NCBI GenBank assembly: GCA_045637925.1
Contig: JAZUAL010000035.1
Location: 25,390-89,389, forward strand
Source of the DNA: Acutalibacteraceae bacterium
GTDB lineage: Bacteria > Bacillota > Clostridia > Oscillospirales > Acutalibacteraceae
Direction of reading: 5' to 3'
Length of the DNA: 64,000 nt
In this document: positions 8,252-16,751 of the stretch, one piece after another
How positions within the stretch are numbered: position 1 is the stretch's first letter
Layout: every line of letters begins with the position of its first letter
Translations under genes and position numbers: made by a program
The notes under the pieces: model-generated
The model's input: only the letters and a program-made list of their open reading frames with translations
Databases searched by the model: none
What the model was told of the DNA's origin: nothing

Positions 8252-9877
8252 TTAGTTGATTTCATAGTTTTTAAGTTTTTGTTCTAGCTCTGCTAGCGGG
8301 TCATTCGAATTAGAAGAGAAAGTATTTGGGTTATAAGGGCCTAATTTATAGGTGACACCTAATACTGAAAATGCCGCCTTGCGAATACTGTCTTTATAGG
8401 GCGCATTAGCACTGTTTATAAGCGTACGGAACTGATTGTTAGGTGCATCTATTAAAAGATAAGAGCCTTTTATATATGCTTTGGAATTAATAAGAACGCC
8501 TGCAATAAGAGGGCATTCGGTCTTTAGTAGCTTCAATATAGAATCCCATTGCGCAACCTCTGTGATTTCGCTTTCGGAAACAGTTTGAGCTTCTTGTCCT
8601 TTTATTGTATCTGCAGTTACGGGTGGCGGAGCCTCATTTTCATATTCGGGGAGTGGGATTTCATCGTTATCTGCTTCTGTGTTTACAGGAGGCTCTGTCT
8701 GTTGCTCAGTTTTTGCAGTGAAATCACCAGAAATTTTCACACCGCCTTTTTCGATAGCCGCAATTCGTCTTTCAAGCGCAGATAAATCAACCGATAAAGC
8801 AGGGTCACACATACGAATTACCGCCATTTCCATTTCGCAACGACGGTTTCCTGTTTGCATAGCAGCAGAGGCTGACTGAAGGCACGAAATACAATACATA
8901 ATATCCTTAATGTCATAGCTCTCGGCCTGGGTTTCCAAAGCTTTTAATCTAGAGGCTGAACAGACAACAGGTTTGTTTTTTGCCTTGACAGTTTTCACAA
9001 TCATTAAATCACGGTAATGTGAGGTGAGTTCTGAAAGTAAACGAAGCATATCAACAGAGGAATTATGCAGTCTGTCAATAAGCAGGAGGGATTGCTCTGT
9101 TGAGTGGTTTTTAATAGCATTAGCAAGCTCTAATAAATAATCGTTTCCTGCCATTGCACAGACAGTTTCAACTGTATCTTCATTAATTTCCTTACTGCTT
9201 GAAGCACACAGATCTAATATTGAAAGGGCATCGCGCATACCACCATCAGCAGCGGCAGCTATAAGTGTTGCGGCATCATCGGTTACGGTAAGCCCCTCTT
9301 TTTTAGCAATATACTGTATTCTTTCGCAGATTTTTGCATTGTCAATACGTCTGAAATCAAAACGTTGACAGCGCGATAAAATAGTGGCAGGTAATTTATG
9401 CACCTCGGTTGTGGCAAGAATAAATACCACGTGTGCAGGCGGCTCTTCAAGCGTTTTAAGCAGAGCATTAAAAGCGTTGAGGGTGAGCATATGCACCTCA
9501 TCAATGATATATACGCGGTATTTTGATGAGGAGGGTGCAAAAGAAATTAAATCACGAAGTTCTCTTATGTTGTCAACACTGTTGTTGGATGCCGCATCTA
9601 TTTCTACTATATCGGTATTCTCGCCCTCTGAAATTGAAAGACAACTTTCACACCCTAAGCAAGGGTCACCGTTTTTAGAAGCAAGACAGTTGATTGCCTT
9701 TGCTAAGATTTTAGCGCAGCTTGTTTTACCTGTGCCTCTTGTACCTGTGAAGAGGTAAGCGTGCACCGTTTTACCATCGGCTAATTCATTTTTTAAGGTT
9801 TCGGTTATATGCTCTTGACCTACAACATCTGAAAAGGTTTGCGGACGATATTTACGATAAAGCGCTTGATATGCCAT
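8252..9877 (-). CDS. dnaX: DNA polymerase III subunit gamma/tau
   Basis: The 541-aa ORF starts MAYQALYRKYRPQTFSDVVGQEH. It has Walker A GTRGTGKTSCAKILAKA, a zinc module CLGCESC and DEVHML. Confidence 0.95.
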   Translation of the reverse strand: MAYQALYRKYRPQTFSDVVGQEHITETLKNELADGKTVHAYLFTGTRGTGKTSCAKILAKAINCLASKNGDPCLGCESCLSISEGENTDIVEIDAASNNSVDNIRELRDLISFAPSSSKYRVYIIDEVHMLTLNAFNALLKTLEEPPAHVVFILATTEVHKLPATILSRCQRFDFRRIDNAKICERIQYIAKKEGLTVTDDAATLIAAAADGGMRDALSILDLCASSSKEINEDTVETVCAMAGNDYLLELANAIKNHSTEQSLLLIDRLHNSSVDMLRLLSELTSHYRDLMIVKTVKAKNKPVVCSASRLKALETQAESYDIKDIMYCISCLQSASAAMQTGNRRCEMEMAVIRMCDPALSVDLSALERRIAAIEKGGVKISGDFTAKTEQQTEPPVNTEADNDEIPLPEYENEAPPPVTADTIKGQEAQTVSESEITEVAQWDSILKLLKTECPLIAGVLINSKAYIKGSYLLIDAPNNQFRTLINSANAPYKDSIRKAAFSVLGVTYKLGPYNPNTFSSNSNDPLAELEQKLKNYEIN

Positions 9878-9916
9878 TTATTTGTCACCCCGATTAACAA
9901 GTTAATTTTGCGTTAT

Positions 9917-10072
9917 AAAAATTGCGTACTATAGTGTACGAATGAACCGATTTACTGCGGCGCACAGAAAAAACTACTTAATGCTGCTCGGTTCCCCGCC
10001 TGACATGGTTCGTAGCGTTCTGTCGCACAGGACCCGCCCATTCGCACACTACGGTACGCAAAGACTGATTTC
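9917..10072 (-). ncRNA. ffs: signal recognition particle RNA, small 4.5S-like form with an extended helix 5; ends approximate
   Basis: The reverse strand contains CGAACCATGTCAGGCGGGGAACCGAGCAGCATTAAGTAG. This matches the conserved domain IV of B. subtilis scRNA (GAACCAUGUCAGGUCCGGAAGGAAGCAGCAUUAAGUG). The termini pair (GCGTACCGTAGTGTGCGAATG with CATTCGTACACTATAGTACGC) and are followed by a TTTTT run. The position upstream of dnaX is the same as in Bacillus. A TTGTAA-17-TAAAAT promoter (with upstream TG) lies at about 10079-10107 on the reverse strand. Confidence 0.85.
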
Positions 10073-10125
10073 TAAACTATTTTAACACAAAACAAAAAAA
10101 TTTACAATAGTAAAGATATAAAATG

Positions 10126-10154
10126 TTGAAAAAAAATCATATATTTGATATAAT
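10126..10154 (+). promoter_or_regulatory. sigma-A promoter candidate for the 10189-13835 operon
   Basis: TTGAAA (10126-10131), 17 nt, TATAAT (10149-10154). Confidence 0.5.
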
Positions 10155-10188
10155 TGCAATATATAATTGTTTTTGAAAGGAAATTATT

Positions 10189-10854
10189 ATGAAAAATATA
10201 ACTGTTGCAGAATTGTTTAATCTTGAAAATAAGCTTGTGGCGCCACTCTTCAAAGGTGTGAAATATGCTTTTGAGGTATTACCGCACATCAGCGAATTTA
10301 TTAAAAAATTAGGTCCCACCCTTGATAGAGAAATTTATGAAGAACTCGGAGAGGAAATTTGGGTTGCTAAATCTGCTAAGATTGCTCCTACGGCATTTAT
10401 TACAGGGCCTTGTATTATCGGCGAAAATTCCGAAGTGCGTCACTGTGCTTTCATACGCGGAAATGCGTTTGTTGGCAATAATTGTGTGGTTGGTAATTCT
10501 ACCGAGCTAAAAAATGTTGTTTTAATTGAAAAGGTTCAGGTACCACACTATAATTATGTGGGTGATTCCGTTTTAGGAACACTTTCACATTTGGGCGCTG
10601 GCGCTATAACATCAAATGTAAAGTCGGATAAAACCTTGGTTAAACTAAAATCAGGGGATGAGATAATTGAAACAGGACTTAAGAAATTTGGAGCTATGGT
10701 TGGCGACGGAGTTGAGGTAGGCTGTGGTTCAGTGCTGAATCCGGGAACTGTTATAGGAAAGAATTCAAACGTTTATCCGCTTTCGAGTGTTAGAGGTATT
10801 GTACCCGAAAACAGCATTTATAAAAAAGCCGGAGAGGTTGTCGAAAAGCGATGA
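10189..10854 (+). CDS. left-handed beta-helix (hexapeptide-repeat) transferase, GlmU C-terminal-like
   Basis: The 221-aa ORF has repeated [LIV]-G-x-x-x-x hexapeptides (IGENSEVRHCAFIRGNAFVGNNCVVGNSTELKNVVL...VGDGVEVGCGSVLNPGTVIGKNSNV). Confidence 0.7.
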   Translation: MKNITVAELFNLENKLVAPLFKGVKYAFEVLPHISEFIKKLGPTLDREIYEELGEEIWVAKSAKIAPTAFITGPCIIGENSEVRHCAFIRGNAFVGNNCVVGNSTELKNVVLIEKVQVPHYNYVGDSVLGTLSHLGAGAITSNVKSDKTLVKLKSGDEIIETGLKKFGAMVGDGVEVGCGSVLNPGTVIGKNSNVYPLSSVRGIVPENSIYKKAGEVVEKR

Positions 10855-11375
10855 ACTTTGAAAAGTGGGATATTTTAGATGAAAACGGTATTCCCACAGG
10901 AAGAACCACCCTTCGCGGTGGGACTACCCTTAAAAATGGGGAATATCATTTAGTTGTCCATATTTGGATAGTATCAAAGGATAACAAGTTTTTAATTCAA
11001 CGTCGCTCACCCGATAAAAAGCTTATGCCGGGAGAGTGGGCTGCTACAGGCGGAGCAGCAATATCAGGAGAAGATTCCTTCTCTGCTGCTTCGCGGGAGC
11101 TTTTTGAGGAACTTGGTATTAAATCTAACAAATCAAGTCTTGTAAAGCTATTAAGACTTAAAAGAAGAAATTCTTTGCTTGATGTATGGTATATCGAATG
11201 CGATTATCCTATAGAGGCGCTTGTTTTACAGGCCGAAGAGGTAGCTGAGGCAAAATGGGTTACTTTGGATGAAATAAAGAGAATGATAAATAATGGTGAG
11301 TTTCATAATTACGGAAAAGAATATTTTATGAACGTTTTTGAAAAAATTGACAGTCACAGAGGCGCGTTGGTATGA
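10851..11375 (+). CDS. NUDIX hydrolase
   Basis: The 174-aa ORF has a Nudix box GGAAISGEDSFSAASRELFEELGI (GX5EX7REUXEEXGU pattern). It overlaps the upstream gene by 4 nt. Confidence 0.85.
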   Translation: MNFEKWDILDENGIPTGRTTLRGGTTLKNGEYHLVVHIWIVSKDNKFLIQRRSPDKKLMPGEWAATGGAAISGEDSFSAASRELFEELGIKSNKSSLVKLLRLKRRNSLLDVWYIECDYPIEALVLQAEEVAEAKWVTLDEIKRMINNGEFHNYGKEYFMNVFEKIDSHRGALV

Positions 11376-12316
11376 GCTTAAAAACAGAAGGATGTAGTTG
11401 TGTTAGGTGTAAGGCTTACTTGTTTGGTGAGGATGATGTTGTGTATTGTCCCGAATGCGGAGCACCGCATCATAGAGAGTGCTTTAATTCTTTAGGGCAC
11501 TGTGCTTTAGAAGAACTTCATGGCACCGAAATGCAGTATTCACGTGAAAGGGTGCTTGAGGCTTTTGAAAAAGAGCAAGAGAAAAAAGAGAAGTATGAGT
11601 CTAAGGCAGAGTATAAAAAGGAACATATCATCTGTAGTAAGTGCGGTGAAAGTTATGACGGTGAGTTTTCACGCTGTCCCAGATGCTCGTTTCCTAACAT
11701 AAATAAAACGAGCGGTTTAAACGGATTTGATTTTTTAGGCGGTGTGCCTGCCGATTATAAGCTTGATGAAAATGTAACGGCAGAAGATGCTAAGCGCTTT
11801 GTCGCATCAAATACCCACCGATATATTCCAAAATTTGCAACCATTAATGCCAAAAACAAGGTTTCGTGGAATTGGATGGCATTCTTGTTTCCGTGCCAAT
11901 GGATGTTTTCTCGCAAAATGTTTAAAAACGGAATTTTGCTGGGTCTTTTGGCGCTTACGGTTACGCTTTTGTCTGTACCGCTTAATATGCTTATTTTAAA
12001 TACGGGTGCTAGAGATTCGATGAACATTATGAATATAGTAAGTGCCTTAAATAGTACATTGCCCGAAACAAAAACCGTTACAATAATTTTAACCCTACTT
12101 GGTGGCGCGCTTGATATTGGAATTAGGCTGTTTGCAGGTTTGTTTGGGGACTATATATATAAAAATCACACGATTTCTGCAATAAAGAAAATCAAGGCGG
12201 AAAGTGAAGATTTAGCCTTTGATTACCGTAAGCATGGCGGAGTTAATTTGATTTGGTTTTTGGTAGCTTATCTTGCGTTACAGTATATACCTGTGATACT
12301 CATATCAATTTTTTGA
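11372..12316 (+). CDS. zinc-ribbon plus DUF2628-like membrane protein (paralog 1)
   Basis: There are two CxxC...CxxC ribbons (CVRCKAYLF..VVYCPECG and CSKCGESY...CPRCSF). The C-terminal membrane domain shows KVSWNWMAFLFPCQWMFSRKMF and GLFGDYIYKNH. Confidence 0.65.
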   Translation: MSLKTEGCSCVRCKAYLFGEDDVVYCPECGAPHHRECFNSLGHCALEELHGTEMQYSRERVLEAFEKEQEKKEKYESKAEYKKEHIICSKCGESYDGEFSRCPRCSFPNINKTSGLNGFDFLGGVPADYKLDENVTAEDAKRFVASNTHRYIPKFATINAKNKVSWNWMAFLFPCQWMFSRKMFKNGILLGLLALTVTLLSVPLNMLILNTGARDSMNIMNIVSALNSTLPETKTVTIILTLLGGALDIGIRLFAGLFGDYIYKNHTISAIKKIKAESEDLAFDYRKHGGVNLIWFLVAYLALQYIPVILISIF

Positions 12317-12326
12317 GGTGTAATCT

Positions 12327-13142
12327 ATGGATAATAAAAACATATGTAGTTCCTGTGGAACAGAAAACGAGCAGGAGTATAGATTTTGTAAAAACTGTGG
12401 AGAAGAGATTGTTGTAGAAACGGTTGAAGATAATAATACCGAAAATTATACTCATAGCGATGATAGTGCATCATCTGCTGAGCCAAACTTTCAAAGAGGT
12501 TCAAAAGGGATTATTATTGATAGTATTTCTGGAATACCTTCAGAAGAAGTAGCTCTTTTTATCGGTAAAAAGAGTTATGATATTTTGCCTAAGTTTAGTA
12601 AAATGGAACTTTCAAATTCCAAGGTGTCGTGGTGTTGGCCTGTGGCAATTTTAGGGTATTTATTCGGGCCCTTTGGTGCGGCTTTTTGGTTTTTCTACAG
12701 AAAAATGTATAAGCCTGCCTTAATTTTATCCATTATAGGCACTGTGGTTACGGTAATTGTAACCCTAATGACCGGTGGGATTAATGTAGATTTCGATGCT
12801 ATTTTCGAAGCCTTAGCAGAAGGCGACATTGAAGCTTATACCTCAGCTTTGGAGACGGTAAATCCTGAGTTCAAAGTCTTTTCTACGGTAGCTTCAATTA
12901 TTGAAAACGGTGTTAATATAGCAAGTTGTATTTTGTGTGGTCTTTTCGGCTTTTATATTTATAAAAACCACGTTATAGAAAAGATTACTAACTATAGAGT
13001 AATAGGTACTGATAAGCGCTTCTATAGAATGGGCCTGGCATCTATTGGCGGTGTTTCGGGCGGAATGGTAGTATTAGGTATAGTAATAATGATTGTGGTT
13101 ACAAATTTTGCAACTATAGTAGCTACATTAATGGGTATCTAA
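12327..13142 (+). CDS. zinc-ribbon plus DUF2628-like membrane protein (paralog 2)
   Basis: The N-terminal ribbon is CSSCGTENEQEYRFCKNCG. The membrane domain shows KVSWCWPVAILGYLFGPFGAAFWFFYRKMY and GLFGFYIYKNH, parallel to the preceding gene. Confidence 0.65.
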   Translation: MDNKNICSSCGTENEQEYRFCKNCGEEIVVETVEDNNTENYTHSDDSASSAEPNFQRGSKGIIIDSISGIPSEEVALFIGKKSYDILPKFSKMELSNSKVSWCWPVAILGYLFGPFGAAFWFFYRKMYKPALILSIIGTVVTVIVTLMTGGINVDFDAIFEALAEGDIEAYTSALETVNPEFKVFSTVASIIENGVNIASCILCGLFGFYIYKNHVIEKITNYRVIGTDKRFYRMGLASIGGVSGGMVVLGIVIMIVVTNFATIVATLMGI

Positions 13143-13835
13143 ATGGTGAAGAAATTGGCTACATACACATCTTTGTTTTTAGATGTTGATAATACGTTGC
13201 TGGATTTCTATGCAGCAGAGGATTTTGCGGTAAGGCGGGTTTTAAAGAAGCATTCGCTACCTTTTGACGATCTCACAGTAAAGTTATATTCAGGTATTAA
13301 TCAAAGCTATTGGGAGCGGTTTGAAAGGGGCGAAATTCCTAAAAGAGATATCTTTGAGGGACGTTTTAAAACTCTGCTTGAAACTCTAGGTAAAGAAGGG
13401 GATATTGCCGCTATTTCAAAGGAATACTGCTCGTATCTGTCTGAGGGCTATTATAAGGTTGACGGAGCAATCGAAATTCTTGAATATTTAAAAGGAAAAG
13501 GCTATAAGTTATATGCCACTACTAATGGGCTTTCCTCGACACAATTTAAACGAATTAAAAATTCTGGCATAGAACCGTTTTTTGATAAAATATTTGTGTC
13601 AGAAGAGGCAGGGCATCAAAAACCAGAAAAGGAATATTTTGGCTATGTTATAGCTAATATTCCTGAAAAAGATATTTCTAAAATGCTTATAATAGGGGAC
13701 AGCCAAAGCTCTGATATTCTGGGCGGCATCAATTCAGGTATCGACACTTGTTGGTTTAATTTTCAGAATATAACACCAAGATACGAAAGTAAATATGAAA
13801 TTAAAAAGCTTTGTGAACTTAAAGCAATTCTTTAA
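13143..13835 (+). CDS. HAD-IA hydrolase, YjjG-like noncanonical pyrimidine nucleotidase family
   Basis: The 230-aa ORF has HAD motif I FLDVDNTLLDF, motif II TTNG, and motif III/IV K...IGDSQSSDILGG. Confidence 0.75.
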   Translation: MVKKLATYTSLFLDVDNTLLDFYAAEDFAVRRVLKKHSLPFDDLTVKLYSGINQSYWERFERGEIPKRDIFEGRFKTLLETLGKEGDIAAISKEYCSYLSEGYYKVDGAIEILEYLKGKGYKLYATTNGLSSTQFKRIKNSGIEPFFDKIFVSEEAGHQKPEKEYFGYVIANIPEKDISKMLIIGDSQSSDILGGINSGIDTCWFNFQNITPRYESKYEIKKLCELKAIL

Positions 13836-13858
13836 TTTATTAAAAAGTAAAAAAATTC

Positions 13859-13887
13859 TTTACTTTTAAGAAAAGTTGTGGTAAAAT
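13859..13887 (+). promoter_or_regulatory. rpsO promoter candidate (extended -10)
   Basis: TTTACT (13859-13864), 17 nt, TGgTAAAAT (-10 hexamer at 13882-13887). This leaves a 5' UTR of about 120 nt before rpsO. Confidence 0.4.
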
Positions 13888-14011
13888 ACCAAAGGTTAGT
13901 GTGCAAACGCTAATTTATTACCGTCTACTATGCTTTAGGCGACTGCCTTAATGGGAACACCTACGACCTATTGCTTGGTTTGCGGATAAGATTAAAAGAG
14001 GTGAAAACGAA

Positions 14012-14275
14012 ATGACAAAAGAGAAAAAGCAGCAGATTATGGTTGAATATGCAACTCATGAAGGTGACACAGGTTCACCTGAGGTACAGATTGCTGTTCT
14101 TACCAACAGAATCAACGAGCTCAACGCTCACTTAAAGGATCATCCAAAGGATAAGCACTCTTACAGAGGTCTTCTCAAAATGGTTGGTCACAGAAGAAAC
14201 CTTTTAGCTTATTTGCAGAAGGTTGATATTGAAAGATACCGTTCACTCATTAAGAGACTCGGCATCCGTAAGTAG
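14012..14275 (+). CDS. rpsO: 30S ribosomal protein S15
   Basis: 87 aa: [49 protein letters not shown]. Confidence 0.97.
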   Translation: MTKEKKQQIMVEYATHEGDTGSPEVQIAVLTNRINELNAHLKDHPKDKHSYRGLLKMVGHRRNLLAYLQKVDIERYRSLIKRLGIRK

Positions 14276-14284
14276 TTTTAGGTC

Positions 14285-14335
14285 GGCGAGTGTCAAACCG
14301 ATTACGGTTTCGCTCGCCGTCTTTTACTGTTTTTC
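14285..14335 (+). terminator. intrinsic terminator after rpsO
   Basis: A composite stem: GGCGAG (14285-14290) pairs with CTCGCC (14313-14318). It encloses AAACCG/CGGTTT with an ATTA loop and is followed by GTCTTTTACTGTTTTTCTT. Confidence 0.75.
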
Positions 14336-14386
14336 TTGCGTTTATTTTTGTAAGGCGTAATGGGTTAGACATTCGTCGACCTATTA

Positions 14387-14427
14387 GGCAGACCGATACA
14401 AAAACGGTCTGCCTTATTGTAAAATTT
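14387..14427 (+). terminator. second hairpin with a U-rich tail between rpsO and pnp (terminator or attenuator)
   Basis: A perfect 9-bp stem: GGCAGACCG (14387-14395) pairs with CGGTCTGCC (14405-14413). The loop is ATACAAAAA and the tail is TTATTGTAAAATTT. Confidence 0.5.
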
Positions 14428-14428
14428 A

Positions 14429-14512
14429 GGGGATTTTTGCGGTTAGCGATAAATCGGGTATTTTAGTGATTAAAATATAAAATATCGGATTTATTGCTAA
14501 ACAAAAATCTCC
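14429..14512 (+). promoter_or_regulatory. long imperfect RNA hairpin in the pnp leader (candidate RNase III or autoregulatory element)
   Basis: Arms 14429-14464 and 14479-14512 pair over about 32 bp. There are three G.U pairs, one mismatch and one small internal loop. The hairpin ends 28 nt (14513-14540) upstream of the pnp ATG. Confidence 0.5.
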
Positions 14513-14540
14513 AATAAAAATAAAAGAAGGAGAATGTAAA

Positions 14541-16736
14541 ATGTTCGAAAATTACAAGGTTTATGAAACCGAGCTTGCAGGCCGCCCTTTAAAGCTTGAA
14601 ACAGGTATGATGGCGGGTCTTGCAAATGCTGCAATTATGGCATGCTATGGTGATACACGTGTACTTTGTACCGTTACCGCTTCGGCAAAGCCCCGCGAGG
14701 GTGTTGATTTCTTCCCCCTTTCTGTTGATTATGAGGAAAAGATGTATTCTGTTGGCAGAATACCAGGTTCTTTCACCAGAAGAGAGGGAAAGGCAAGTGA
14801 CAAGGCAATATTGGCATCTCGCTGTATTGACCGTCCTATCCGTCCCTTGTTCCCTAAGGATATGCGTAACGATTGCTCGGTTGTTGCAACCGTTATGTCG
14901 GTTGATCCGGATTGTTCACCTGAAGTAGCTGCTGCTATCGGTGTATCTGCTGCAATTGCAATTTCTGATATTCCTTGGGCTGGCCCTATTTCAAGTGTTA
15001 ATGTTGGTCTTATTGACGGTGAAATTGTTATTAACCCTACATTAGAGCAAAGAGCTGTTACTGACCTTAATCTTACTGTTTCTTCCACTGAAGATTTGGT
15101 TGCTATGATTGAGGCCGGCGGTAATGAAATTGAGGACGACCTTATGTTCGACTGTATCATGGCAGGCCATGAGGTCAACAAAGAGGTAGTTAAGTTTATT
15201 AATGGTATAGTAGCCGAAATTGGTAAGCCTAAGTTTGAATTCCAGTCTAACGATCCTGACCCCGTTATATTTGAGGAAATGGAAAGTTTCTGTATTGAGG
15301 ATGTTAAAAAGGCTCTTGATACCGATGATAAGCTGGTTCGCGATGCAGCATTACTTCCTATAAGCAACGCTTTACACGAAAAGTATGATGCTCAGTTTGA
15401 GGGCAATGAGGCTAAGATTGATGAAATTCTGTATCTTATACAGAAGCATGTTGTAAGAAGCTGGCTTAAGGATGAGAAAAAACGTGTCGATGGTAGAGGT
15501 ATTGATGAAATTCGTCCGCTTGATGCTAAGGTTGATTTGTTACCCCGTGTACACGGTTCAGGTATGTTTACCCGCGGTCAAACACAGGTACTTTCGATTG
15601 CTACCTTAGCTCCCGTAAGCGAGGCTCAGAAGCTTGACGGTCTTGACGAGGAAGTATCTAAGAGATATATTCATCACTATAACTTCCCATCATACTCAGT
15701 TGGCGAAACCAAGCCTTCTCGTGGCCCTGGTAGACGCGAAATCGGTCACGGTGCATTGGCTGAAAAGGCATTAGTGCCAGTAATTCCAAGTGTTGAAGAG
15801 TTTCCTTATGCTATCCGCGTTGTATCTGAGGTTCTTTCTTCAAACGGTTCGACCTCACAAGGTTCTATCTGCGGTTCTACCTTAGCTCTTATGGCTGCAG
15901 GTGTTCCGATTAAGGCGCCTGTTGCAGGTATTTCATGCGGTCTTATCACGGGCGACGAGGGTGTTTATGGCGACTTTATGACAATGGTTGATATTCAAGG
16001 CCTTGAAGATTTTTATGGTGATATGGACTTTAAGGTTGCAGGTACTCATAAGGGTATCACAGCTATTCAGATGGACCTAAAGGTACACGGTCTTACTCCT
16101 GCTATTATTAAAGAGGCTTTTGCTAAGACCCACAAGGCAAGACTTCATATTTTAGATGAGGTAATGCTCAAGTGTATTCCTGAGCCCCGTGCAGAGCTTT
16201 CTCAGTATGCACCTAAGATGCTTACAACCGTTATTTCACCCGATAAAATCGGTGATGTTATCGGTAAGCAGGGTAAGGTTATTCAGTCTATACAAGAGCA
16301 GTGTGAGTGTACAATTAATATCGAGGAAGACGGTCACGTTTATGTTTCTGGTCTTGATATCGATAAGGCTAAGCAGGCTATCTCTATTGTTGAGCTTATC
16401 GCAAATGACCCCGAAATCGGCGCCATTTATAGCGGTAAGGTAACAAGACTTATGACATTCGGTGCATTCGTTGAAATCGCTCCAGGTAAAGAGGGTCTTG
16501 TTCACATTTCAAAGCTTGATGTTAAGCGTGTTGAAAAGGTTGAGGATGTTGTGACTGTTGGAGATCAGGTACTCGTAAAGGTAACCGAGATTGATGAACA
16601 AGGCAGAATTAATCTTTCGCGCAGAGATGCTTTGGTAGAGGTTAACGGTGCTGTTGTTGAGGATGATGCTGATGATAATCAGGAAAAACCCCGTAAGAAC
16701 GGTAACCGTCGCGGTTTTAAGAAGCATAATAATTAA
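14541..16736 (+). CDS. pnp: polyribonucleotide nucleotidyltransferase (PNPase)
   Basis: The 731-aa ORF has two RNase PH domains (RIDGRG-like VDGRGIDEIRPL, GETKPSRGPGRREIGHGALAEKAL). It also has a KH domain (IGKQGKVIQSIQEQ) and an S1 domain (GKVTRLMTFGAFVEIAPGKEGLVHISK). Confidence 0.97.
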   Translation: MFENYKVYETELAGRPLKLETGMMAGLANAAIMACYGDTRVLCTVTASAKPREGVDFFPLSVDYEEKMYSVGRIPGSFTRREGKASDKAILASRCIDRPIRPLFPKDMRNDCSVVATVMSVDPDCSPEVAAAIGVSAAIAISDIPWAGPISSVNVGLIDGEIVINPTLEQRAVTDLNLTVSSTEDLVAMIEAGGNEIEDDLMFDCIMAGHEVNKEVVKFINGIVAEIGKPKFEFQSNDPDPVIFEEMESFCIEDVKKALDTDDKLVRDAALLPISNALHEKYDAQFEGNEAKIDEILYLIQKHVVRSWLKDEKKRVDGRGIDEIRPLDAKVDLLPRVHGSGMFTRGQTQVLSIATLAPVSEAQKLDGLDEEVSKRYIHHYNFPSYSVGETKPSRGPGRREIGHGALAEKALVPVIPSVEEFPYAIRVVSEVLSSNGSTSQGSICGSTLALMAAGVPIKAPVAGISCGLITGDEGVYGDFMTMVDIQGLEDFYGDMDFKVAGTHKGITAIQMDLKVHGLTPAIIKEAFAKTHKARLHILDEVMLKCIPEPRAELSQYAPKMLTTVISPDKIGDVIGKQGKVIQSIQEQCECTINIEEDGHVYVSGLDIDKAKQAISIVELIANDPEIGAIYSGKVTRLMTFGAFVEIAPGKEGLVHISKLDVKRVEKVEDVVTVGDQVLVKVTEIDEQGRINLSRRDALVEVNGAVVEDDADDNQEKPRKNGNRRGFKKHNN

Positions 16737-16751
16737 GCTCAAAGGAATTAA

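Noticed and set aside
9296-9306. An A-run (GCT AAA AAA GAG on the coding strand) in dnaX as a possible programmed -1 frameshift site like E. coli A AAA AAG.
   Set aside because: The heptamer is not in the required X XXY YYZ register relative to the zero frame. It lies around codon 190, far from the gamma/tau boundary. No downstream stem-loop is evident.
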